A stretch of DNA of 64,000 nucleotides from the human T2T-CHM13v2.0 reference genome, Homo sapiens, in the NCBI RefSeq assembly GCF_009914755.1, contig NC_060932.1. One strand, given 5' to 3'. Positions within the stretch are counted from its first letter, which is position 1; every line of letters starts with the position of its first letter. The notes under the pieces are model-generated. The model had not been told where the DNA came from. It did no database searches and saw only the letters and a list, made by a program, of their open reading frames with translations. Made by a program: the position numbers and the translations under genes. Positions 16,683 through 29,560 of this stretch are shown piece after piece.

Positions 16683-17412
16683 TAGACACTATTTAATAAG
16701 AATTCATCCAATACTTTATTCATATGTTTAGACTAAACGCTCTACTTACCTGTTGTCAGAATCACTCTCAAACTGGTAGGGTTTGGAGAGCTAAGTAACA
16801 TTCTAATAATTCAGCAGCTGTAAGTTTTCACACTTAAAACCTTTGGTGCCCAACAGGCCTGAGTTAAAATCCCTGAGCAGGCCGGGCGTGGTAGTTTCAT
16901 CGTTAAAAGTAACTTTGTTCTTGTTTATATCATGGACTTCCCCAACCCTGAAGGAGAAGGAAAATATCTATCTCACAAAATCTTGCACGTGGGAAGTGCT
17001 TCGCATTATTTCTGGGCTGTATGTTATTATTGGATCTATTTGAAATATGGAATTAATCTCCTTGTAGCCTCTTTTGTTCCTCAGTTTCCCCATCTGTCAT
17101 TTATTTTCTAGTTTCTATCTAGTGGTGTATCAGTCACCTATCTACAGGTGTGAGGAATCAAGCAGTCTCTAAACATGGCTTCCTCCATTGTCTGTCACTC
17201 CTGTGAAGCAGGCAATACCCCAGAGTCAAGAGGAGGAAATTATTGTTCCAGCTGAGAGGTCATAAGTTAAAGAGCCTTGCATAGAACGGTAAACATGATA
17301 TCCTCTCAAAATGCTCCTTGCAGGAAGACTAATAAATGTCACCCCAAGGAACCCTTTATACACAGGATCTTGGGCTTCAAAACTGGATTCCAAGGAGTTT
17401 TGAGTCCTTCTA

Positions 17413-17479
17413 TTAAGTTGGCGCAAAAAATAATTGCTTTTAATGGCAAAAACCACAATTACTTTTTGCACCAACCTAA
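17413..17479. mobile_element. MADE1 (Hsmar1 MITE) with an internal deletion
   Basis: TTAAGTTGGCGCAAAA...TTTTGCACCAACCTAA, flanked by TA on both sides. Confidence 0.9.
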
Positions 17480-17867
17480 TACTTGCCAAAGATCTCCTTC
17501 CCCGGTAGGACCTTTGTTCAATGTCACTACAGGACATCCTTCCTACCAAAGCAAAGAAAACAACACAAATCAAGCAATTAAGTTATAAAATAAGGCTTGG
17601 CACCTAGAGGAAATAGGACAATGATTAAGAAGGAATCCGAACACCTAATAGAATCCACAAACTGGCAGACTATGTCCTCAACCTACTGCCACCGAATGTC
17701 ATCTGACACAAGTGGCTAAGAATGGCAGGAGTGAGTTTTCAAAATGCTGTTGGTTGAAGAAGCACCATAGATTATTTTGGGGTACTACTTGTGGGGTTCA
17801 ATAGCAGGTCAAATTTGCTTTGTATCTCTGACAAATGACCTAGACCCATCTCCTGACAAGCAACTGA

Positions 17868-18330
17868 GTCTATCAGAATGCGTTTAGCTGCAAGTAACAG
17901 AAACCCCTGTTCAATCAATAAAGAACTTTATTAGCTCACATAACAGGAAGGCCAGTAGAAATGCAGGTTTTCAGAATTGATTGATTTGGTGGCTTGGCAG
18001 TGTCATCAAGGACTCGGGTTCTTTTCATCTCTCTTCCCTGTCATCCTCAGAGTTGGCTTTAATAATAGAATGGCAGGAATAATTCTTAGCATCTCATCCA
18101 ACCCTTCATCATCCTTTAGAGGCAAGAAAGCCTTTTCCTGAGACCTTGCAGTACTAACCACCAGCCAAGGGGAAATATACCCTTTCCCCAGTCAAAACCA
18201 CTCTGGAGCTGAGGGTGAGGTCAGCTCTCCACAGGCACATGGTTACATAGGGAATGGAGGATACATGAACAAGATTGGGGTAGTGTTAAAAAAAAAAGAG
18301 GGGGGAAATAGAGTGATCATTGCACAAACC
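17868..18330 (-). mobile_element. Old MLT1-like LTR
   Basis: TCAGAATGCGTTTAGCTGCAAGTAACAGAAACCC...; similar elements at about 22010-22830 and about 56490-56950. Confidence 0.55.
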
Positions 18331-19793
18331 ATGCTAGGACACAACGGAATGACTACTGAGCGATTAAAAGCCTGTAGGAGCATATAGGCAAGAATTGCAT
18401 TGTCCTCAGACTGAGTAATGATATGGCTTACCCTCCTTTCGAGGCAACACAAGGCAGTCTGTCTTAAGAATGCTAAAGGAAAGTCAAATCATCCCAAAGA
18501 TGTGACAGCAATGAGTGGAAGTGACATGAAGGGAGCTGGGGGATGGGTGGAAGCACATGACAATTACTCATACAGACCCACAGGCTTTCTGCAAGGTCCT
18601 GAGCTGTCTCCCTGCCCATGGGGAATGGCGAGGAGGGGATGTGTCACTGGCTGTTTCCAGCAACACTGTGACTGCCTGATAAACCAATGGTGTCAGTGTG
18701 AGTGTCTCTGGCTTATTAAGTTAATGGAGGAAGTAAACTTTTTTTCTGAATATGGAATGGACCAAAGCCAATCACAGGCAATAGCCAACTCAAAGTAGGA
18801 TGACAAGTTTCCCTTGGAAGTGTCCTGACATCACTATCTGCAGACTCCGTGATGGGCATGATTTGACATTTTTCTAGCCCACAGTGATTAAAAGACAGAA
18901 ATGCGTATTCCTTCCCATCAAAGACTTTGTAGGAATGATTATTATTAATTATTATGGCTCACTTTACAGTTAACAAAACAACTTCCCATACATGATCCTA
19001 TTAATTTCATATAACTTAGGTATTTGTTGTTATCCTCCTTTGTAGTTGAGGAAACTGACACTCAAGGAAGTTAAATAACACACTCAAGATTACACAGTTG
19101 GTGAATAACTCAACCTATACCCAGAATGGCCTTTCATAGAGGTAGAACATCTACTTGTCTTTCTTGCACAATGTGTGGCATCTCTGAGGTCCTGAAGGGT
19201 TGTAGAGGCTATCTTCCACCTTGATCTGAAATTGAGCTTGACTTTCCTACTAGGAGGAACATCCCATTGAGCTAAGGCACCACGTCTCCAAATGAGTCCT
19301 ACCGAAAGGTCCACATACTGCCTGGAAAATGGAAAAGAAACTGGAATCCTATTCTCTGCCAATTATACTTTAGTGGGCTGCCATGCCTTCCCTTCAATCC
19401 AGAGCTATGTAGCCAGCTCTCACATGGAAATCAGAGGGCCAGGGGTCCATGGAAAGAAACAGTTACTTAGATGTAAGGGAATGAGATCAGTTATGAGGAG
19501 AAGAAAGAGATGCTACAGGATTTTATCCTCCTTCTCGTAGGAGTGACGCAGGCTGCTGGAAAAGGAAAAGGGAGCCTTAAAACCCAAAGGATACACAAAA
19601 GGGAAATGATTCCAAGCCTGGAGGAAAACCCACAGGAATCTGAATTACACCTCTGGGTGCTGAGCCTTCCTTAAGGCCCCGAGTTTCAATCATCAGCACA
19701 GCTTGCCGAGGACATTGAATCAAACATTCAGAACTTCCCAGTCTAAACAGCGGCAGGCAGAGGTCCCAGCTTTGTCTCCAAGGGGACCCTCTG

Positions 19794-19814
19794 GGCGCTG
19801 TCTTCGGTACTGAA
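19794..19814 (-). promoter_or_regulatory. REST/NRSF RE1 element
   Basis: Minus strand reads TTCAGTACCGAAGACAGCGCC versus consensus TTCAGCACCnnGGACAGCGCC: both half-sites are present with the canonical 2-bp spacer and there are 2 non-spacer differences. Confidence 0.85.
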
Positions 19815-20282
19815 GCAGCACAGCCTGATGCCTGGAACACGCAGAGGCATCAAGGACCTTTCCAGGCTGCTCCATGCTCTGCCTCTGATTTAGCTTCAAG
19901 GTTGTAGCAATCCCTAAGCCTGGAATTCAGCTGCTTAAAAGGCAGAATTGGGACAACGTGCCTAAATCTCTACCTCTAGCTTTACTCCCATCACTGACAC
20001 CAGCTTCTTGAAGGCGTAGAAAAATTTTTGAAGCTTCAAGAACTGTACCAGCCAAACTGCCAGGTCAGATAATTTGCCAATAACATTCCAAAAATCCACT
20101 TTTCTAGTCCCATTTTCCCTCTCAGTGGATCTTCCTTTCCCCATCTCAAATGCTGCTCTCTTACACTGGGCCTCTTCCACATCGCGCTTCCAACCTCCTC
20201 TTGGAAGAGGATCGGGGAGATATCTTTTATAAACCAGAGAGAATTTAAGTCAGTGTGGGCCTCCGTTTAAAACCTTACATTC

Positions 20283-20610
20283 AGCCAGGTGCAAGGGGTC
20301 ACGCCTGTAATTCCAGCACTTTGGGAGATTGAGGCGGGAGGATCACTTGAACTCAGGAGTTCAAGACCAGCCCAGGCAACATGGCAAAACCCCATCTCTA
20401 CAAAAAAAAAAAAAAAAAAAAAAAATACAAAAATTAGCCAGGCTTGGTGGTACATGCCTGTGGTCCTAGCTACTTGGGAGGATCAGATGGGAGAATCACA
20501 TGAGCCCAGGAGTTTGAGGCTGCAGTGAGCTATGATTACACCTCACCACTCTAGCCTGGGTGACAGAGCAAGACCCTGTCTCTAGAAAAAAGAAAAGTAA
20601 AAAATGAAAA
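20283..20610 (+). mobile_element. AluJ
   Basis: Alu with a long A linker. Confidence 0.92.
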
Positions 20611-22119
20611 CCCTTGCGTGCCATGGAATGAAAAGTTATGCTGCCACTTGGGAAATGTATTTTGAAGGCAATAAAAAGGTATTTCTCAAGGCTTATAATG
20701 CCACACCCATGGGCAGCTTCCTATTGTCCATACACATGACCAATGTTCATTACTCTCATCATTGCACAATGTAAAGGGTTTTGGTATTATAGGGAGAAAA
20801 CACATTTAATTTACTGTCAACCAAGAATATTTAGTTATTCAAGTGAAACACAAGAATGACCAAGACACAATCTCTGTTCTCAAGGCATTCCCAACTTAGT
20901 TGGGGGAATGAATGGTGGATTGCAAACTAATAACTTACCCACCAAGACATAAGCCAAGTTTCATAGGAGTCCAGTGACCTGCCTAGAGGACCTAGGCACA
21001 AATCTTGAGAAGGAATTTACTAGGTTAGCAAAAGGGGAAAGAAAAAAAGTACAAGTTTTGAGGTTAGAAGACCTAGGTTCCAATCCTAATTCTGCCAACT
21101 AGGATGTGATCTTAGGACAGTCATTTTAACTTATTTTTCTTTATCTGTAAAATGAGAATAATAATAATATCGAGTTTCCATAGAGATGAATTGAGGTAAT
21201 AAAAAAACATACTTTATAAACTGCAAAGCACTATTAAATAAAAAGTTAACCATTTCTGACTGTTCAAGTGACAATGCCTAAGCTTGTATGTAAGTGCAGT
21301 GAAGGTAGGGCCAGGTCCCCCTAGCTAGTTACAGTGCCTGGCATAGCATCATGTTCTCAGGGACATGTATCAAGAGCCTTTTGATTGCAAAAGAGCTCTG
21401 ACTTGGGGAAGAAAAACTACAATGTTTGTCCTCAGTGGCCAGTTCTGCCCAAGCCACCCCTGGGGTGTGGGGCAGAGAGGTGCAATGGAAAAAGGGCAGC
21501 TTTCACAGGAGGAGTTGGCCTACAACAGTAGCTCCAGATGGAATTTCAGCTGGAAGCATACAGAAGCAGCTGAGCTCAAAGAAACGACTGAGGTTTTCTG
21601 GACCTCCTCTCTGGCTAGTGGACGAGATGCATCAGAGAGAAACAGAGGACAGGTGGTGCAGGCAGAAGGTAAGGAGAAGGGATGAGTAGAAGCAAAAGAG
21701 AGGTCACGATGGAGGGTCACATTCCAAATCTTTTGCTTGGGTGGAAATTTTTAAGGAATACAACTGTCACTGTGTATCTCCCCATCCTCATGAAGAAATA
21801 CTTTTTAAAAAGAAGATAACCACAGATTATTAAAGTTGGATGAGACCTTTAAAATTATCTAATCCAACATCTTCATTTCACAAATAAGATTAGGGCCAAG
21901 AGAGGTGAAGTTCAAAGTGAAAAAAAAAAATGAGTTCCTGATGAAACAGAACAAGGAGTCAAATCTGATCCACAGGTCACTTTGTTTCTCACTACTCAAT
22001 AATTGAAAGAAGGTAAAGTTTGAGGTGCTGTAACAAATAAACACAACACTGTGGAGACCTAATAAATAAATAAATAAGGGTTTTTTCCCCACATTAATGT
22101 AACAGTCACAATATGAGTA

Positions 22120-22520
22120 GCATATTGGTTTGGATTGTCCAGGAAATAAACTAATTAGGAGACTTGCATGCTAGAGGTTTACTGGGGAGTACTCCCTGGA
22201 GCAGCAACTGGGCAGAGAGATTGTTGCAGTTGCAACAGAAGCTTCAGCCAATGCCCCATGGGGCTCTGATGTCCCTTTAGAGTTGTCTAAAACTGAGGCA
22301 TGTCCAATTTAACTTAGCACTGTCCAATCATTGGATGTGGGATGCTCCTGGGGGAGGGAGTGCAAATTCTGGTGACGCAGCTCTCTTTGGCCAAGAGCAA
22401 TTCCTAAAGATGAATTCAAATGTGACCCATCAGGTGCTAATGCTCCCAGAATCTGGGAGGATGAGTGCTTCAGGACTAAAGGGGAAGACCTGGGAAGCCC
22501 TACCACAGTATCAACTACAG
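22120..22520 (-). mobile_element. ERVL LTR16-like fragment (related fragment at about 575-810)
   Basis: Both share AGAGTTG..GAGGCA and GCCAAGAGCAA motifs; family assignment from memory. Confidence 0.45.
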
Positions 22521-23754
22521 TAGTCCAGGTTTGGGGTTGGAGATAGGACAGCAGCTTTGCTCCACATAGTGATTCAATGATCTAATCACTGTTCAACCAT
22601 CCCTTAAGAATCATCATTATCCACATGTCCAAAGCTGGTCATCATCATGTCTAGGTTTATGCCATGGGAAGGAGAAATACAGCACGATAAGAACACACTA
22701 CTCTATTAATAAACAGACCTGGAAATGGTTTGGATTCCATTGACAAGAACTCAGTCACATGACTACACTTAATAGCAAGGTAAGCTGGGAACTGTAGTCT
22801 TGCTAGGCAGCATGCGCCCAGCAACAGTTCTGCTGTTATCAGAGAACATACTAAGAAAGAAGGCCCTAAAGTGCCGTTTATTTTTCGGGGACTATATGGT
22901 TAAAATGATCTCTTCCTGTTTTAATTCCTCTTTTTGGAGGTGGAGAACACATACTCCTTGAGCTTCTTCTACCCTGTTATTCTTCCTGGAGCCAAATTTA
23001 CTCCAGAGATAATCACTACCTCCAGTGGCCAAGCCAGACTGTTCTCTGGATGGGGGTCTTTCTTGATTGCCCTTAGAGTGACCCAGAAAACTATCAAAGA
23101 GTCCTTTAGAGACTATCACTCTATTCCAGAGAAAGCTGGGGTTCTAGATTTCTCCAGGAAAATCTGCAGGGCACAATGACTTCAAGTCTGTGTCCCCACC
23201 ACCCCCGTGAATGTCATCCCAGGGTGAGCTACAGAGACTCGCCCTAGGAAGCCTGGCCTAAGTCATAATTTATGAATATTCTGTCTCTCTCTCTCCCTAA
23301 GTCTGTCTGATCATAAGCAGCATCTCTTCTGCCTCAATACCCAATATGACTTGATCCCATTTATTTCATATCAGAACACTGTAACTTAAGTGCTGTTGAA
23401 GAAAGAACTGATGTTTTCAAGATCCAGAGAGGGACTTCTGAGTCTTCCATCTAAACTCCTAGAACTGTTTTGATAGTTCTGGTTCTCTGCAACTCAGCAA
23501 AGCCCACTGAGAATACAATGTGGAAGCATTTTTCATTCTTCCGGTTTATAATCCTATGGTCATACTAAACCCCAGAAGGCATCCTTCTCCTGGGTCTCCA
23601 ATCTGGAGAATGAGGAATGGGAATCTGCATTTGAGATGTTTGTAGCAGTCATGCAGGGGGCATCGCTGGAGTCAGAAATGTCTATATATGACCATGTGAC
23701 CAGCCTACCCTGCCCAGGACTCCAATCACAAAATAGGAATAATCAGGCCTATTC

Positions 23755-24113
<359 letters not shown>

Positions 24114-24286
24114 TATTGGGCCAATTCTTATTGTGAGCACCAATGAGATCTATCCTTCCTGAAAGTGTCCTTAGAGCTGTAGGTGAGTACAGCTCTACAC
24201 ATGAAGAAATTCTTCCAGATATCAGCATCCTCACTTTGGTTTAGTCCATTTTGGCAACTTACAAAGCATGTTTATATCCATTAACT

Positions 24287-24981
24287 CAGTGGTTTTGAAA
24301 AAAAACAACAAAAAAGGTGCAGCTACCCCAGGAGATATGCAGAACCATCCATGGAAATGCAGGAAGGAAAATATCAGAGCCTACCTATAATCTAAAATAT
24401 CAGAAAGGGAGTTTTATTAATATTCAATATGTGGGTTGACACTGATGACTTTTTTTGTCTGTGTGTCAGTAGCCCAAGTGTCACTTCCAGGAAACACATT
24501 ATCCTGAGGGAAGAGCAAGAGTTCCACAATGTGAGAGGGGTAAACGAAGTTCCAGATTATACATACTGGTTTTAATTAAACTCACCCCCAACAAAGAGGA
24601 TGCTTGGCTTAGAAAGATTCCTGCAAAGAAATCCCTAATGAAAGTGAATACTAATAACACGAGCAACCTGACAAGGTAGAACTGACAGGTCTACTCCTGG
24701 TTAGAGCTCTTTGCAACCACATTACAAGATTACAATGACGGCTTATTCAGATCCAATATGAAGTTGGCCAAAAAATTTTTAAATTATCACATGGTTAAAA
24801 ATGTGATTTAATATCTACTATTATTAATAATGAACCTTACCCTAAATGTATATTAAGACTTGAGATAGTTGGCTAATGGTATAAGTGCATTATATAATTT
24901 ACAAATATATAAATATACATACATTGGGAGGCAGAGTAAAATTTTTACCAATGGGGATCATAAAAAGATTTAGAGAGCATT
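24287..24981 (+). mobile_element. hAT-Charlie-like DNA transposon remnant
   Basis: Starts CAGTGGTTTTGAAA and has a degenerate inverted end; the EPYPKCIL..EI.AN-like remnant near 24832 resembles the Charlie/Buster transposase N-terminus. Confidence 0.5.
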
Positions 24982-25796
24982 GTCATAAGTCATCTAAACA
25001 ATTCTTTTTCTAATTTATATTTTTACTTTAAGTTCTGGGGTACATATGCAGGATGTCCGGGTTATAATCACACCGTGAGTCATATTATTTTGCAGATGAG
25101 AAAACTGAACCTAAGGGTGGCAAAAATGCCCGGAGACCATCGGCTACAGGATTTATGTGGAAGCGAAGACTAGCCAATAGAACTGGTACCCCAAAAGCTG
25201 AGTGAGCAATTCAGGGAGACATCTGTGGAAATTAAAACACAAACTCCTCCCCCAAAGCTAATGAGTCCTAGGCTCTGTCCTGTTCTACTCCAAATGGATT
25301 ACGCCAGGAAAGCCAGCACCACAAAGAATAGCTCATTCTATCACCCCTGAATGATGTTGCTCTGAACCCTAGAAGCCTGCAGAAATGTCACCCTTTAAGA
25401 GAAAAGCAGGCATTTGCCCTAGGATGCTTTAAAGACCCTGTCATCATCACCATCAACAAACACTTAGAAATGTTGCCTTACTATGCAGGTCTGGAGCAGG
25501 AAGAGAGATCAGAATCCCAAGCGATTCAATCTGACTGCAAAAAGGGCTCTGATCTGGGCAAAAGCCAAGGTTTCTCACATTCATCCCTTTGGGGCTTGCA
25601 ATGTTTAAAAGTAAATTTCCCCCCACCACTAGTACCCACTGTGTGGAACTAGTCATGAGAAGAATGGATACCCATTTCCCTCTGCAGCAATCCGGTCTGC
25701 CTCCCGAAGCTCAGAAATGTGCTGTGCTCAGCATTTCTGTGCTGATGCAGCATCCATGGTAGAAAAGGCAGGGGCGGCCGCAGCGCCGCAGCAGCA

Positions 25797-25814
25797 GTTG
25801 CTCTAGGGGGTGGA
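25797..25814 (+). promoter_or_regulatory. Possible CTCF motif
   Basis: TTGCTCTAGGGGGTGG resembles CCASYAGRKGGCR; it lies next to a small CpG cluster (GCGGCCGCAGCGCCGC). Confidence 0.35.
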
Positions 25815-25995
25815 AATCAGATTGCACCATTCCTACCTCATTTGGCAGCAGAAGCATCGAGTCACAAGGAGGATGAGGTTCTAGCCCAGAAGCAGCTGGG
25901 CTATGTCATTCTAAAGGTGGTGAGTAAAATGGCTATTCACTGGGGCATCAGGTTTTCTTTCATGCTATTTCCCTGAGTGGAGAATCTGGGTCTAG

Positions 25996-25999
<4 letters not shown>

Positions 26000-26046
<47 letters not shown>
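26000..26046. repeat. (GT)n microsatellite, about 23 units
   Basis: Seen directly. Shorter GT/CA tracts occur at about 7207, 34253, 55562 and 58310. Confidence 0.95.
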
Positions 26047-26047
<1 letters not shown>

Positions 26048-27740
26048 TGGTACACATGTATGGCACTTACATTTTCACTGAGCAGCAATACTTGCAAAGC
26101 TGTGAGTGCAATAACTAAACAGATCATGGTGTTTTCAAGCGGGAAGGGGTCAGAAATCACGTATTCAACCCCCTTGTTTCACAGAAGAGGATTCTGAGGT
26201 TCAGAGAGGTAAAGCCGTGAGATTACAAAGCTTGTAAGTGGCCACCTCTAGAACCCAGTGCTCCGATTCCTGGTACAGGATTCTTCCTATTGCTCTACAT
26301 GGGTGAGCAGTGACTGCCTGTGTGCCAAGTGACCTGTGTCCCCGGGTATGAGACTGAAACCTGCATTTGCAGCATTAGTGTCACTGAGACAGGTCTCGAT
26401 GTTTCCAGTAAACATGGGAAGCCATTTCTGACTAACTGCAACCTGGGGTGCCGCAGCAAAACAGCAGCACGTGTTTGCTATAAAGTGCTCCATCCTAATG
26501 GCTACCTCCTCCCCCGAGGTTATTCTCCAGGTCACGTTGCAAACAAAGTGTATACGGCACCAGCAATTCTTCCCAGCAGAGTCAAGTGGGCTGTTGATAG
26601 GGCTGGAGAGTGTGTTTCATCAATGATATCCTCCTTTTCTTGCAACAAGTATTTGCTGAACACCACCCATATGCCAGGTTGTGTGCAAGCCACTGTCACG
26701 TTCTTTATGTTATTTAAAGCTCACCATGCTTTGCGAGGTATTACTATGCATACCTGACCAGGAAGCAGACTGAGCCTAGGTAAGGTTAAACAGTGCAAGC
26801 TATTTGAGGTCTCTTAAAAATTTCTAGTTTCCCTAAGAATTATGGTTTTAAAACAGTTATTTTCCATGATCTTCCTTACTAGAATCACCATTGCTCCTAA
26901 ACTGGAAGGGGATGTTCTTTCCTTAACAAAAAGCAATTATCTGCAACACTTTGGATCAGATGTGCAGTCGGAGAAGGGAAAATGACATTGAACATTGGAG
27001 ACCTTGACTCTCAGTTAGCAACTGCGTGAGCTTTTGAGGTTTTCTCCAGTTTTTCTCCCATTTCTCTGGGTTCTCTTTCAAGTTAAGATTGCACAATATG
27101 TTCAGGAATCTTGGCTTTTTAAACCGGCTCTACCCCTAATTATGTGATCTTGAATAAGTCACTCTACTTATTTGGGTCTCAGCCTTCTCACTGACAAACT
27201 GACGACTAAAAGAAAATGATCTCCATCCTCCCTTCAAGCACTGAAATGTATACGTAGGCATTCACTCATTCACTCACTCAAGCATTATCTTGCGTTTCCA
27301 TGACATGCTAGATGTGACACTGGTGGTGGAAGGATTTTAGAAATAACCTCCCCCAGCCCCACACCTTTCAGCTCTGGAGAGGTTATTTGCCAACAGTTAT
27401 AGTTCCAGTCAAGCCCCATCAAAACTGCCCAGCATGCGTTCCAGGAACTAATCATTAGTTCAAATCATTCAGAGTTGGGAAAAAATTTACTGTGTCCCTC
27501 TGCTGGCTCTAAATGATTTAAATTCTCGTTCCTCTTGCCATTTCCTATATTAACATTTATTCAGTGCGTAGTCAATAAAACACAGTGCCAGGCACTATGT
27601 TAAGCAGTTTTCATGCATTACATCATTTAATCCTGACAATAATCCTATTCAGTACATAATATGATTAGCCCTGATTTACAGATGAAGAAACTGGCAACTT
27701 GACCAAAGTTGCATAGTCAAAAAAAAAAAAAAAAAAAAAG

Positions 27741-27905
27741 CAGTGGGGATAGGGTTTCTGTTTGGGATGATAAAAAAATGTTCTGGAAATGGATGGTGGT
27801 GGTGGTTGCACCACATGTGAGTATATTTAAGGCCACTGAATTATACAATTTAAAAAGGTTAGGATGGCAAATGTCATGTATATTTTACCACAAAAAAAGA
27901 AAAAT
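27741..27905 (+). mobile_element. L1MB-like 3' terminal fragment within a MIR
   Basis: GGGTTTCTGTTTGGGATGATAAAAAAATGTTCTGGAAATGG...TATTTTACCACAAAAA. Confidence 0.75.
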
Positions 27906-28689
27906 GTAGTGGGGGAACTTCAGCCCAGATTAGCACCCAACTCCAAAATCACCTACCCTACCCTTAACCACTCCTCAGCCAGTGCTACCAGACAGGACTC
28001 AGAACTCAGAAATAGAGTAGGTGCCTCTACAAAACCAACAGCTGAAGGGATGTGTTTCCTCTCCAAAGAAGGGCTTAAGAAATTTTTCTTTCAATTATTC
28101 TTTCTTTTTTCTTTAGTTTCTTAGCCACAAAATCATGGCCCACACATCAGGAAAGCCCTCCTTGCCGCTGAAGGTAGCTTATTCCAAACGATCACCAGAT
28201 TCCCAAGTCTGGGAGATTCCGAAATCACTTCCACTCTCCTTCTCCCATGTCCTCCTCTCCCTATAAGCCGAAGCTCTGTCTACAAACTCAATTCCACTTC
28301 AAACACATCTAGATGCCAGGTCGCTATTTTGCATGAGGTCCTGGCTTACATGTTGTGGGGGAGCAGAGATGAGAAAGATACCGTTTCTACCTCAAAGACT
28401 TTACAATCTAGCATAAAGGGCAAAATACGCAAATAGCTACGGAAGGAGAAAAGTCATTCAGTAAAATTGCAGAGCACCTGGGCTAGATGTGAAGGCTGCA
28501 GAGAGGAAGAACACACCAAGCTAGTCCCCTGCAAAGAGAACACAGAGTCAGTGAGAAGGGCCCTCAGAGGAAAGGCGACAATCAGCTGAGAGGGAAAGAT
28601 ACTTGCAGTGGAGGATGTTTCTCCTCATCAATAAAGCAGCTATGGTCTTTTTCAGGTGGTATTAGGATCGAAATCTCACCATCTTTTCC

Positions 28690-29560
28690 CCTTTTTTTCT
28701 TCCTACCTTTCTATTTCTCCTTCTCTTTTTTTTTTTTAGGCTTAACCTGTTCTTTTTTTAACTTCTTTTGTTGAACACTTAAATCTTCAATCTTTAGTCT
28801 TTCTTCTTTACTAATATAAGTATTTTAAGACTGTCAGTTCTCCTCTGAGTGTTACTATAACTCCATGACACAAAGTTTTAAAATGTAGTCATTAAATTAA
28901 TTAATCAAGAATTTACAATATAATTTCTTTTTGGAATTATGAGTTATTTAGAAATGTCTTTCCCTCCACCCCCAGATTTATGGGGAGAAGTATGTGATTT
29001 GGGGGGAGGGTTAATTATTTCTAACAAAATTATATTGTAGTCAAATGACACGGTTTGTATGATGTGACATCACAGATTTGTTGAGACTACTTTAGTGGGC
29101 TAGAACACAATCAAGTTTTATAAATGTCCCACATATGCTCAAAAAAATGTGATTGTTTTAATTATTGAGAAGAAAAATTCCAAATGTGTCTGTTAGAGTA
29201 CGTTTGATAGTTGTGTTGTTCCAATCTTTTATATCTTTTCCAATTTGTCATTTTCTCTCCAATGTTGCTTCTATTTTTTGCTTTTCTATTTTGAAGCTAT
29301 GTTTCTAGGGGCATACAAGTTTAGAGTTGTTCTCCTAAGTAGTTTTTCTTTTTCATTGTTTATTATATACAGCCCATCTTTGTCACCAATAATGTTTATT
29401 GTCTTCCAGTCTATTTTATCTAACATTAGCAAACTGTATCAGCTTTCTTTTGATTAGTGTTTACTTATCATTACTTTTCCATCATTTTTGTTTCATGTTT
29501 TTGATGAATCTCTTGTAAACAGCATATAGCTAGATTTTCTTTCTGACCTAGCTATATTTA
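28690..29560 (-). mobile_element. Old L1M fragment
   Basis: T-rich and degenerate; TCTCTTGTAAACAGCATATAG and GGCATACAAGTTTAGA are typical antisense L1M motifs. Confidence 0.6.
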
